The notes beneath the pieces were generated by a model. It was not told the DNA's origin and searched no databases. It was given only the letters and a program-made list of their open reading frames with translations. Both the position numbers and the translations under genes were made by a program. From NCBI GenBank assembly GCA_964016885.1, contig OZ024743.1, positions 217,682,001-217,746,000 of the forward strand: DNA of 64,000 bases, given 5' to 3'. This document shows positions 50,989 to 64,000 of this stretch, in pieces. Each line of letters opens with the position of its first letter. The first letter of the stretch is position 1. Origin of the DNA: Eledone cirrhosa (lineage: Eukaryota).

Positions 50989-51002
50989 CTATCCCCAAAT
51001 AT

Positions 51003-51035
<33 letters not shown>

Positions 51036-51039
<4 letters not shown>

Positions 51040-51234
51040 AACATGTAAGACCCCGACGGCTGAGCTCAAGCCGTTTCGACGGCTAATTCTGTACTGCAGT
51101 ACAGAATTAGCCGTCGAAACGGCTTGAGCTCAGCCGTCGGGGTCTTACTTGTTCCTATTACCCACTCTACTACCCTAAGTATTGAGTACTTTGGTGCGTT
51201 ATGGTTCACCTGGTTCCTTACCACATTTCCTTCG

Positions 51235-51236
<2 letters not shown>
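51036..51236 (+). mobile_element. Fold-back pLTR insertion (same family as 12249)
   Basis: 122-bp palindrome 51036-51157 centred at 51096/51097 with one mismatch; same 3' end CCTTCGTT-(TA)n. Confidence 0.88.
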
Positions 51237-51280
<44 letters not shown>

Positions 51281-52140
51281 CATATAACATATATATATAT
51301 ATATATTATAGAAACATATTTGTTTAAATATTTATTAATAATTTACACACGCAATTACGTAGGAGTATATACATATGCAGACAGAAGTTCATAAAGCAAT
51401 GTACATGTTTACATATGCGAATATATATGGGAAAATATATACTTATACGTATATATGAGGCCTATGCTTCTGTTTGTTGGTGTATATATGTATGTTTATA
51501 TGTATATGTCTTTACATATGTGTATATGTCTTAACACAGTTAGTCATGATATTAAAGCTAAGATATCGTGACTGAAGATATAGCGGCGCCGAGAAGGCTG
51601 GTGACTTTCCTCAATTAAGTTGATCGGATCGATGAAGAAATACGCCGTCTCTTAGTTTTCTGCCCCGCCTCTTGCCTCAAACATCTATTAATGCTTCTTA
51701 GTAAGTGCGTAGGTAATGTGTTGTGTATCGATGGTCTATAGGACAGCTGGTCGATCGTTGATGAGAGGGTCGGTTGTCGGTGTATGAGGTGTCCATAAGT
51801 GGGCCAGTATATCAGTTGTTACTCAGCTTCAGTAAGCGTTCGTATATGTGTGAAAGTGTTCCTGAAACTTTGTGATTGTACACTTGCAATATTATATATG
51901 TTTGTGTGGAAATCATGTGTTAGTGAGGGCCTTCGTTGTGTAGATGGTTGTGTGATGTATGGTGGAAGGTTGAAACTTATATAAAAAGCTGTGTTGTGGG
52001 ACCTAATTGGATTTGACATTCAAGACAGAGAAAAAGAGAGATGGTGTGTGTAAGAGGGAAACGAGTGATACACACAAGAATATATACACACATATATTCA
52101 TATATACATACATATACACACACACACATACGCACACATA

Positions 52141-52219
<79 letters not shown>

Positions 52220-52869
52220 GGAGAAGAGGGGAGAGATAGATTGGTTCATATTTAGATTCATTATATCTGCACTTGACACGATATTTTTTTTAGTCATATA
52301 TCAAAAGGCGTATTGCGATAACAAACGAGAAAAAAAGAGGGCTGCAGTAGATATACACTGATTCTATACAGGTAGCAAGAAGAAAAAGCTGAAAATATGC
52401 AAATAATTATTAGTTCGCAGTCGCTTTCTCAAATACCCGAAAACAACATTAAGTATGGAATATGAAATCGACTTTTCTCAGATGATAATATCGCAAGGGT
52501 TCTTCTCAACATGAATTGTTTGTTATCCGGGTAAAATATTGCATCTGGCCATCGAAAAGTTTTAAGCTTGAACATCGACCTCTCCATACTATAAAAGATA
52601 AATGTACATACAATCTACTTTTAGAAACTTCGAGCGACAGACGGATTTTCAATATTAACTTAAATTACAGGTATCAGCTTCAACAAAGTTTGTTTTGTTT
52701 TACCAAAATAGTCTTAGTTGGTTATATAAGCCCATGGAATCGTAGAAAATATATGTGCGTGTTTGTGTATGTATAAACACATGCTAACACACACACACAC
52801 ACACATACACACACACACATTCAGATACAATTTACATATATATATATATGCAAATATAAATGACACATG

Positions 52870-52990
52870 GAAACGATACAGTACAATGAAGATGTATATT
52901 AGCTTAACGTTTGATATAGTAGGAAAAGTGTCTTAGCCTTTCGAATGTTAGTCTCTTCACCATAAATTAGAATGGGGGATAAAAGTAGAA
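52870..52990 (-). repeat. Decayed pLTR/HHR, relative of the 55010 motif
   Basis: Collinear with 54955-55070; core reads GTGAAGA..GAAA. Confidence 0.6.
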
Positions 52991-53123
52991 ATATAAAGAT
53001 TGACGAGAGTAAAAGAGTAAGAAACAGAAAACTTTTCGATGTTTGGGAAAGCTCCACCAAGCGTGAACCTCATATAGTTGTGAGCAATTTACTCCTGGTT
53101 TTCTTATTTTTTTGTTCATTTTC

Positions 53124-53171
<48 letters not shown>

Positions 53172-53619
53172 TTAATTGTATTAATTGTACTATTTATGGT
53201 TATGAAAATACAAAAACCTTTTGCAGTTATATGTATTTTTTATACAAACCTTAAATAGTGGTAGGCAGTAATGTATTACTACCTTATTATCAGTAAGTTA
53301 AGTAGCTCAATGTAAAAACATCAGATGATTTACAGAGCAGTTATATGAAATATAAGAATCAAAGAACTGTTCAAAACATTATTGTGCTTACAGCTGTTTC
53401 CTCCAAACCGAGGTTTGGATTCTTCGGAGCAATTTATTAATGAATGGACAGTTATATGACCTCCTTTTCAGCCAAGAGACATACCTATACATATGCAAAT
53501 ATTGTGGGTCAACATTCATTACAGCATTTAGAGTGGCAGTACACACTTCGAGATTACATTCATAATAAAAGGTACAATCAACATTCTTATATTTCATATA
53601 TATATATATACATATATTC

Positions 53620-54140
53620 TTCCTTTTCTAAGCCCACATTTTCCTTATAGGGTTGTGGGGGCAGAGTCCTCAAACACTCCTTCCGGTGCGTCCTGTCAGA
53701 GGTAATCTGTCCAACAATTCTTTCTTGAGACATTCTAACCACATGCCCATAGTATCGGAGCTGTGATCTCTCAATTCAGATACGTATCGGCTCTACCCTG
53801 AGTGACACTCTGATACCCGAGCTTCGCAATCTATCGAGTAACGTTACTCCAAAGACACTTCAGTGTAACCTGATTTCGGCTACTTGTATTTGCGATCGTA
53901 TTCTGTCGGTCATTACCCAATATCCCTGACCATAGTTAAAGGTTGACACGAATACCGAATTGAAGACAGCAAGTTTGGATTTTATGCCAACATCCCTTCT
54001 TTTGGTTACCGAATGCTGAAGCTGGTGCATTACTGCTCCAGCTCCTGCAATTCCTACCTCTTGCCGTCCATCACTCAGCAACTCGGCCACAAGATACTTG
54101 ACTTTCTCTACTAACTTCAGTATTAATCCATTCATATTTA
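53620..54140 (-). pseudogene. RTE-type LINE RT C-terminal remnant
   Basis: LKLVEKVKYL..KSKLAVFNSVFVSTFNYG..WVMTDRIRSQIQVAEIR. Confidence 0.75.
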
Positions 54141-54394
54141 GAGTGCAAGTTTCCTTGAGAGAGCGAGTTTCTCATTTATCACAGCACTGAATTATACAAC
54201 TTTCCTATTTATTGAATATAGCAACTTCCCTAATGGACCAATTTTGTCTTCAGATTAATTTTGTGGGATCTCTGGAAGACAAGATTAGTCCATCAGGGAA
54301 GTGGCAATATTCAATAAATAGGAAAGTTATTTATAGGAAAATTCTACGATGTACACTAAGTAAAGCATGGATATTAAGACAGACTGACAAATAT

Positions 54395-54730
54395 ACAGAC
54401 CTTCTGTACTTAGGTGATGGCATTTTTAGTGAAGGACGTTACTTAGAGGGTATAGTAGATAGAATCAGAATAGTATATCAAATGTACAGAGAGCAACTAC
54501 CTCTGTTGACAACAAAAGCTTTCTCTCTACGGATAAAAGGCTGTCTGCATGTGAAGTACAAAGTGACATGGAAGTGAAACATGGGCAGTAAATATGCGAA
54601 GGCTAGAGAGAAATGAAGTGAATGTGTTTCGATGAATGTTTGAAGCTATTATACATGATTGTCAAATCATGAAGGAACTTAGAATAAACTAGGCACAAGA
54701 AGAATCAGATGTAGCATGCATAGATCAGGA
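54395..54730 (+). pseudogene. RTE/BovB-like RT C-terminal remnant
   Basis: YLGD..SEG..IVDRIR..YREQLPLLTTKAFSLRIKG, GSETWAV, RLERNE. Confidence 0.7.
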
Positions 54731-54834
54731 TTATACCAGTTTAAACCGGTAAAACCATAATTCTTTAGAGTAATCGATACTTGGGATAGTAGACTGAAGG
54801 TGTTGTAGAGTCAGACCATGGCGGCTGAGCTCTT

Positions 54835-54897
54835 GCCCGTTCGAGAGCAAATTCCAGACAGTCTGAAATTTGCTGTCGAAACTGCAAGACCTTAGCT
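54835..54897. repeat. Diverged relative of the hairpin pLTR family
   Basis: GCTGAGCTCTTGC..TTCGAGAGCAAATTCCAGAC / GTCTGAAATTTGCTGTCGAAACTGCAAGACCTTAGC imperfect palindrome; family 3' end also at 55150-55245. Confidence 0.65.
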
Positions 54898-55009
54898 TTC
54901 GGACCCTATAGATATATATGTATGTAAAAGGTAAACAGAAATAACAACAAAATCGGTACAGTATATGGAAGGTATATATAAGGTTAACGCTTGATATAGC
55001 AGGAAGAGA

Positions 55010-55047
55010 TTCTTAACGTTTCGGACGTTAGTCCTTCATCAGAAGAA
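55010..55047 (-). ncRNA. Minimal type I hammerhead ribozyme
   Basis: Minus: ttctt CTGATGA a ggac taac gtcc GAAAC GTT aagaa. Confidence 0.85.
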
Positions 55048-55243
55048 AGAATGAGAAATAAAATAGATTGAGGAGACGGGCGGGTTGGAATTGGAAAAAA
55101 ATGTCTTTAGATAACAATAACAGGTTCATTCATGTTGATAGCTAAAGGTTCAGGACCCCGAGGCCACTACCCACTCTACTATCCAAAGTATCGAGTACTC
55201 TGGTGCGTTATGGTCCACCTGGTTCCTTACCACACTTCCTTCG

Positions 55244-55279
<36 letters not shown>

Positions 55280-55289
55280 AAAAAGAGAA

Positions 55290-55816
55290 TTAGTATTGCG
55301 ACGAAAGGAATTTATTGGATATATTACAATTGTTTCTTGGGCGACCAACTCGAGGCACGATCGATGTGGTGATCAAAGCTGACTCTGAAATCGCGTGGTC
55401 CTCGGATACGTCTCGATCCTACGAAGCAGATTTTCCTATAATACCCGTTAATATGCATAAGGAAAGTATATACTTTCAAACGTTCAATCATCTGACAGGA
55501 AGGTATACGATGCTGGCGATAGCTAATAAGCTTGAAACTAGTTCATCGTTCCTTTGTCAGTGTTGAACAATAGGGCGACGATGGTTGCCGAATACTGTAC
55601 GGCTTAATTCTGGCTGTTTGTTTACAAACAAACCGAACATTATAATAAATGTTCGGTAAACCCATATTACATATATATATATATATATATGTGCATGTAT
55701 GTATATATATATATACTACTGTCCGTCTGTATACATATATGTATGTACGTATACATACTTACAATTAAGTATCAGCCGTGCGAAGAGTGAGACATTTAAT
55801 TTCATTTCATTCGTTT

Positions 55817-55820
<4 letters not shown>
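55290..55820 (+). mobile_element. pLTR related to 36457-36860, with decayed HHR at 55507-55549
   Basis: acgatg CTGGCGA tagctaataagctt GAAAC TA GTT catcgt. Confidence 0.75.
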
Positions 55821-55854
<34 letters not shown>

Positions 55855-55860
<6 letters not shown>

Positions 55861-55942
55861 TAAAATAACAGATTAAAGTTTAAGCAAAGAATCGCTGCTT
55901 TCACCCTCTTTGGATTTTAGTCTTCAAATTTATTATTATTAC
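55855..55942. repeat. Collapsed fold-back of the CAGAAGA-HHR family
   Basis: Inverted arm joined to the extreme 3' end through a CCCT microhomology. Confidence 0.8.
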
Positions 55943-56066
55943 TATATATATATATATATATATATGTATTGAAGTTTCCGTTGAAAATAGAAAAAGTCAT
56001 AGGAGTGAAGAGTGCTCTATGTAAGTACCAGAGCAAAATTTAATATATAAAAAACAATACAATATA

Positions 56067-56144
56067 ATTACCTCATTACCAGAGGTTTCCCGAATAAGAC
56101 GAATACGAAAGAAACGTCTTCATTCGTTCGTCGGACGAGGCAAT
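56067..56144 (-). ncRNA. Variant type I hammerhead (CCGACGA core)
   Basis: Minus: attgcctcgt CCGACGA a cgaatgaagacg..cgtcttattcg g GAAACC tct GGTA atgaggtaat. 10-bp stem I, long stem II, GUA triplet. Confidence 0.78.
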
Positions 56145-57449
56145 ATAAAACATAGAGAAATATTTGGAAAGTCTCTTCAAGAAAAGCAAAAAAAATGATA
56201 TATATATATAGATAAAGGTAATACAATAGACATTTAAATATATTAAAACATGTTTAAGAAATATAGTTAGGTGTGTGTATATGTATGTATATACACTCAC
56301 AGATATACATATGTATGTATGTACAAATGTGTGTGTATAGTGAAAATGTGTGCGTAAATATATGTATGAGGGCAAGTATATCTGTGTATATGTAACCATA
56401 GATACAGACATGATATGAGTTGAGAGGTATACAGAAAAACAGGGTATTAGATACATTATAAGAATATGAAGGCACGCGTATAAACACACACACACGCACG
56501 TACACTTATATGCGGAAGAAAAAGAGGTAAGGGAGTGTAATAGTAAAAAGAAAGTATCATTCTCGATATATTTATAAAAATGGAACAATAATTTAGAGAG
56601 AAAAAAATTGCAAAGTAAAGAAAAGAAAACAAACAAGGTACACGCGTACATACACACATATATCTATAAGAAACATATATCTATAAAAAATATATATATA
56701 CACGCAATACGTGCAGACAAAAGCGTATGCAAGCCTACATACACACACAGGGTGCACATATATATATACATACACATCGCCCCATGTATATCTAAACACG
56801 CGTAGGTACGCGACTGTATACACACACACACATACACACACATAAGTATATATATATATATACATACGCACACATACACATCCATACATGCAGTACGTAC
56901 ACACACACACACACACACATACACTCACGTACGTTGACCCGCTAACATGCACACACATAAAAATAAGAATGTAAAAAAACAGATGTAAAAACACAGATAT
57001 AAAAACACACATGCATACACATATACATATACACGCACGCGCGCGCACATACGGAGGCGTTCGTGTACATATACAGAAAGTATACACACATAAAGACGCT
57101 CAGAAACATAGATACAGGGTGTAAAAACAGCCTTGTGAATAAGTGAGTACAAATATAATAATATAAAATTGGCTACGAAATAACAGAAAATATCTGGAGT
57201 GGAAAACGCAGGTGACTGTGTAATCAGGTAGTGAAGAAGATAGGGAAGTAAAAGGTGGAAAGTGAAGATATTAGGTAAGTGAATCGGAGAATAAAGGGGC
57301 GGGTAGTGGGGTGTGTGAAGTAAAAATAAAAATAAAAACAGCTAGCGGGGACTGAATTCCATGTACAGCTGTTCCATCTACCGAATTATTATTATTTTTA
57401 TATGAGCCGCCAGTGTCCGCGCATTGCCTGGGGACTTAGCTGAGAATAG

Positions 57450-57531
57450 ACTCCCTGATGACGCAATGAATTCTCGACAGTTAGATTACGTAACTGTCTT
57501 TATCCCATTGCAGAAACTAATTTGTTGGAGT
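57450..57531 (+). ncRNA. Type I hammerhead with extended stem II
   Basis: actcc CTGATGA c gcaatg..gacagtta/taactgtc..cattgc a GAAAC taattt GTT ggagt. Confidence 0.78.
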
Positions 57532-57614
57532 GAAAATTTAAGTAAGTAAGTTAAAAATTTTTTTAAAAATGTTTTTAAAGGATTTTCTTATTTTACGTCT
57601 TTTATATATATATA

Positions 57615-57654
<40 letters not shown>

Positions 57655-58274
57655 GAGTGAGATAGATGCACACATATGAACTCGAACAAAGCAGATAATA
57701 ATATAATAGTTGTTGGTAACAATAAATAAGAGTTGAATACATCGGGTAAAATGCCCATAGAGACAATAGGACAGCAAAAGCTATAACCGAACTATTGCTG
57801 AGAATACGTTTTCAAGTTCCAAATTTCCAATGTTTCCTGTGTTTACCAAATAACTCGTTTTCGTTCTCAACGCTTCCATCCTAACCGCCAATATCGATTG
57901 CACTCAATATTTTCATAGGAACTGTCCTTCCTGCTATGAGTAAACAACATAAGCAAATTAAAAAAGGAATTGTTAATGGCCACATAGATGTATAGATATA
58001 TACAGAGTGGTCGTTATTGTTAAGCACATAAAACAAACCTGTAAGAATAACGATATAATGTTTTCCAGCATAGCATGACTTTGACAACAATATCAATTGT
58101 GCCCTGTATTTAGATGCCAGGGTTTGATGTTAGGGAAATATGCCTGTTAAAATCATTCATTGTTTCGAAAAACTGTGGTAGAGTGATGTGTTGACGACAA
58201 ACTGGAGATCAAGAGATAAAACGAGAATATATATAAGTATATATAAATATATATATATATGTGTGTGTATATGT

Positions 58275-58308
<34 letters not shown>

Positions 58309-58314
58309 ACATTT

Positions 58315-59996
<1,682 letters not shown>

Positions 59997-60026
59997 AATA
60001 ACTTGTGTGTTACACCTCTATTCTTT

Positions 60027-60061
<35 letters not shown>

Positions 60062-60548
60062 GTGTGTATGTACTTGTGTGTGGGTATATGTGTGTATATG
60101 TGTGTGGGTGGGTGTATGTTGTCTTATATTACTACCCGTCTTCATTTTGTATATAAGCCGATACTTACACTATTTACTAACAGAAATTTACCATTGAAAG
60201 TAATTTGAATAAATGCATTACCTATATTTGTATGTATTCCATGAAATTTATGAATATGTATAAGTATATAATGAAATAATTTTATATAAGAGAATTAGCG
60301 AAATGTTGGAAAACTTCATTACAATCTATCACTATACAAGCTTATATTTAATTAAAATATTTAGAATATAATCATCTTTAAGAGACTTTTATTCGTAAAA
60401 GCAGAATAGTACACAACATTTTATAAATAATTCACTGTACACCCGAATATATGTAGATAGGCATAGAGATATCGTATATTTTTTAAATGCAGATTTTATC
60501 TCTATTTAATTTTATTCTATGCGTCTGTCATATAACTAATTTTCTTCT

Positions 60549-60641
<93 letters not shown>

Positions 60642-60645
<4 letters not shown>

Positions 60646-63340
60646 CGTATTATCTTCGTTTTTGTTTCGTTCTTGGCCAGGGAACGTTTCACTGGCAAAG
60701 ACCGAAAAAAAAACGAAGATAATACGTAATTATTTGGTGCGGTGAAAACAATTACACACAAAGACAAAACCACGTTTATAGTATAAATGAAGTCGTAGAC
60801 TAATATTCTATGGAGACGTTCTCTGGCAAAGAACGGAAAAATCGAAGATAATACGTCATTATGTGGAGTATTGAGAACAATTACAAGCAAAGACAAAACC
60901 ACGTAAATGGTACAACTGAAGTCGTAGACTAAAATTCTATTTAGGAAACTGAATGATTCTCGGCTTCAGAGGTAAGAATAAAGTAAATAAAATACAGAAA
61001 TAATTGAAATTAAATATATACATACACGCATCCATATACGTACGTACACAAGCATATGCGAAAACAGAGCTATGGGTATGCAAATACAAGCACGTACACA
61101 AAAAAAAGAAAAAACACACACGCACGCACGCACATACAGAACCCACGCAACGCTTGTAACCGCACACATACGAACGTATACGCCAAATACACATAAAAGT
61201 ATATATAAAATATATATATATATGTGTGTGTGTGTGCGTGTATACATAATAAATATACATATACACACATAAATACGTATATAACGCGCGCACACACATA
61301 CCTACATGTAAATACATATATGTTCGCGGACCTACGTAAACCAAAACACAAAGTACACATATACACACAACCTACATACGTACGAACCCGCATACTCACA
61401 CAGACGCAAAACTCACGTATACACATAACGAAATGCATATATAACGAAATGTATATATAATATATACGCCATAACATATACATGCAAATATACGTACGAG
61501 AAATTATACTTATCTTCACAAAACATACAGGTAATATATACTTACCTATACAAATAAGTAATGGTATAAACATAACATATACTTACCTACCACATGAAGA
61601 CGTGAAATATCCGCGTATAGTTCGTACTATCCGTTAGGGTATAATGTGGGGCTGTAATACGGGAAGGTTTTGTACAATTTATGTTTACAAGCCGAAATTG
61701 CCTCAGATTTTTTGTTTAAGATGTGGTATTTGGCGTAGAGTAATTCCAGGGCCTCACCGGCGCAGAGGTCGTATGGTCTTTTATTTCCGTTATACGATCT
61801 AGCCTTAACTAGGATCTCCCAGTGTAACTTATATTGGGTGTGGTTGTCTTTTACACTCCAGATATAAGCTGAAAGAGACGTCATATTCCTTCTTAAGAGT
61901 TAAGAAAAGAATGGGTATGCATGTAAAAACGCTGCTTGAATCTATTGGTGGTTAACCCTATGTAGGCCCTACGGGACGTGGGTGTTTCAACCTTACATTT
62001 GTAGACAGTGTTACTAGAGAGGCATTTCCCGCATAGGGGGCAGTCAACCCGATTCCTACAAATACTGTTAGTACTAGCTACAGGGTTGCTGTGATGTTAT
62101 GTGCAAGGTTAGGAGTGGCAGAGTGAGAAATTTTAATGGTATTTCTATTTTAAATGTTACTATATTTATGTGCTGGGGGTAAATGCTTCATAATAAGGGA
62201 GAGAAAGATCTTAGCTAATAGTGTGGCCACCTTCATATTATATGGTGGGTTATACCATATAATGCGTCGGGATCTATTTTTCCTAGGTCTATTCTCGTAC
62301 TCTGTATAAGCTACGTCATTGACAAATCCACTCTGATCAAGAGCTTCATTGTAATATGTGGAATGGTCGTTGAAAATATGCTCGTTTGTATATAGACGGG
62401 AAAGCCTCAAAGAAAAGTTTCTTGCCAGGTTCTTGGTTATGCTGGCAGGATGGTTAGAATGGTTACTTATGTAATTAAGCGTATCATTCGGCTTTCTATA
62501 CGGGTAGTACAAGCCATTCGACAAATTGAGGGTAACGTCGAGGTAATTAACGACCCAGAGGTTGGCCTCAACCTGTATTGAGAGGTTGAAGCCTTTAAAG
62601 AATGCTGTGAGTTCTTTTCTGAACCTATCGCAAGCACGTGGGCCGCACTTTGTCATAGTCTAAAGACCGTCATCAAGGTACAAACCTCCGCCCACGTTGG
62701 GGAATTCTCCCTTGATAGAGAAAAGGAAAAGGCCGATAAGATCACTAACCTCCGCAGAAGCGCTGGCGCCCATACTCACGTCGAATGGGGTACTATTAGA
62801 TTTTTTAATCAAAATAGAGTCGTCGAAATTAATCACCGACGTCCGGGCATTGAGGATGACATCAACTTCGAAATCCTTAACCACAGTGAGTGTTTTAGCG
62901 AAAGAAGAAGTGGTAAAGTGATGGAGGAGTAGTAATTATTGATGTCGAATTTGATAAAACGGCAATGTTCCTTGTTGCATATGCTGTTGAACCAATCAAT
63001 CCCCGCGAAAGAATTGTTCCACAGTGCAAGAGGGGCCAAACTTCTAATTCCAGGTGTAATTCTATCTAAAATCCTTTTATTAAGTCTACCTAAATCGGAT
63101 TTCGTAGGGTTAATAAGCCGAATAGAGGGGTTGTTCGGGAAATTGGATTTGTGATCCTTTAGGGTAAAATGGGGAGAAATAGGATCCATAGATTCAGGCC
63201 GGTCCAGGATGTTGAGATCAGAGGTGATTTTAAACCCAGCATCGTTGATTTCATTAATGACGCTCCGGTTAGTTTTACGGTAATCCTTAGTTACAGCATT
63301 ATGTAGCAGTTGGTGGTAAGTACTGAGCTCCACTTGATAA
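60642..63340 (-). mobile_element. Penelope-like element (C-terminal endonuclease, Hydra-clade-like by recollection), truncated
   Basis: RT and GIY-YIG remnants followed by a 3' region matching 35632-36180; short terminal fold-back at 60642-60730. Confidence 0.85.
61627..63340 (-). pseudogene. PLE RT + GIY-YIG, frameshifted
   Basis: FTLKDHKSNFPNNPSIRLINPTKS, FIKFDINNYYSSI, FDVSMGASASAEV, LYLDDGL, VNYLDVTLNL, YRKPND..YI..SNHP, CPLCGKCL..VYKCKV..YIGLT..FKQRF..H, SLSAYIW. Confidence 0.88.
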
Positions 63341-63554
63341 TACTCCCACACACATAACACCCATACACACACATAACAACCCCCACCCCCTGACACACAC
63401 ACCTCCCTCCCCCATTTCTACTAATAGAATCACTTTCCTACACACATATATACACACACACAAAATATATATATTCTCTCCATCTTAACATACTCCCCCC
63501 CCCCCACATACACACACAACTCCCTCCCCCATTTCTTCCAATACACACACACAA

Positions 63555-63587
<33 letters not shown>

Positions 63588-64000
63588 AGCACACAAATAA
63601 ACATACACATATTTCTTTACTTTCTTTACTTCAATAGAAAATCTGAATTCTGACATCCCAACGAACTAACCATATTCACTGAACCAGAACAATTCTCCCA
63701 TCCCATTTCTCTTGACCATTATCTTTTGCTTGTCATAAAATTCTCTAAAAAGGCTAAAGAATAGATTTCCAAATAAGGGCGCGAAAATTTAATGAAAACT
63801 TGTTCACGTGACAGCCGTAATTTCATTTATAACCAATCAAATTACGTTTATTAAAAAAAAGCCTTCGTGAGCCCCCTTTTTTTAAAGTAAAAAGAAATTC
63901 AAACACTCATACATGAAAACACAACCTGTGCCCCCTCCCCCCTTGTTTGAAGAACTTTGTAACGCAAACTGGCGCGAAATTTATTTTAATTATTGACCAA

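Overview
AT-rich eukaryotic, repeat-saturated window with no recognisable host gene exon. The tRNA-derived SINE family and the microsatellite load suggest an invertebrate, probably a cephalopod such as Octopus (inference). Almost everything is retroelement-derived and splits between two microsatellite niches. (AAT/ATT)n tracts host R4/Dong-type RLE non-LTR elements (four copies of one family, one with an intact 1130-aa ORF, plus two remnants of related families), two L1/Tx1-type elements and many SINEs. (TA)n tracts host Penelope-like element (PLE) fragments and many short fold-back pseudo-LTR (pLTR) insertions. Reading both strands by eye gives about ten distinct type I hammerhead ribozyme (HHR) motif families. 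These include a family-wide CAGAAGA core variant tied to a PLE ORF, a well-paired CCGACGA variant, a tandem retrozyme-like unit, and a family whose HHR appears converted into a perfect hairpin. Several fold-back junctions sit in HHR stem II. Also present: a head-to-head double-tailed R4 insertion, a Helitron-like element carrying PLE HHR fragments, and RTE/CRE remnants. All calls are by-eye motif recognition; no searches were run and boundaries are approximate. Most short ORFs in the track are microsatellite or antisense artefacts.
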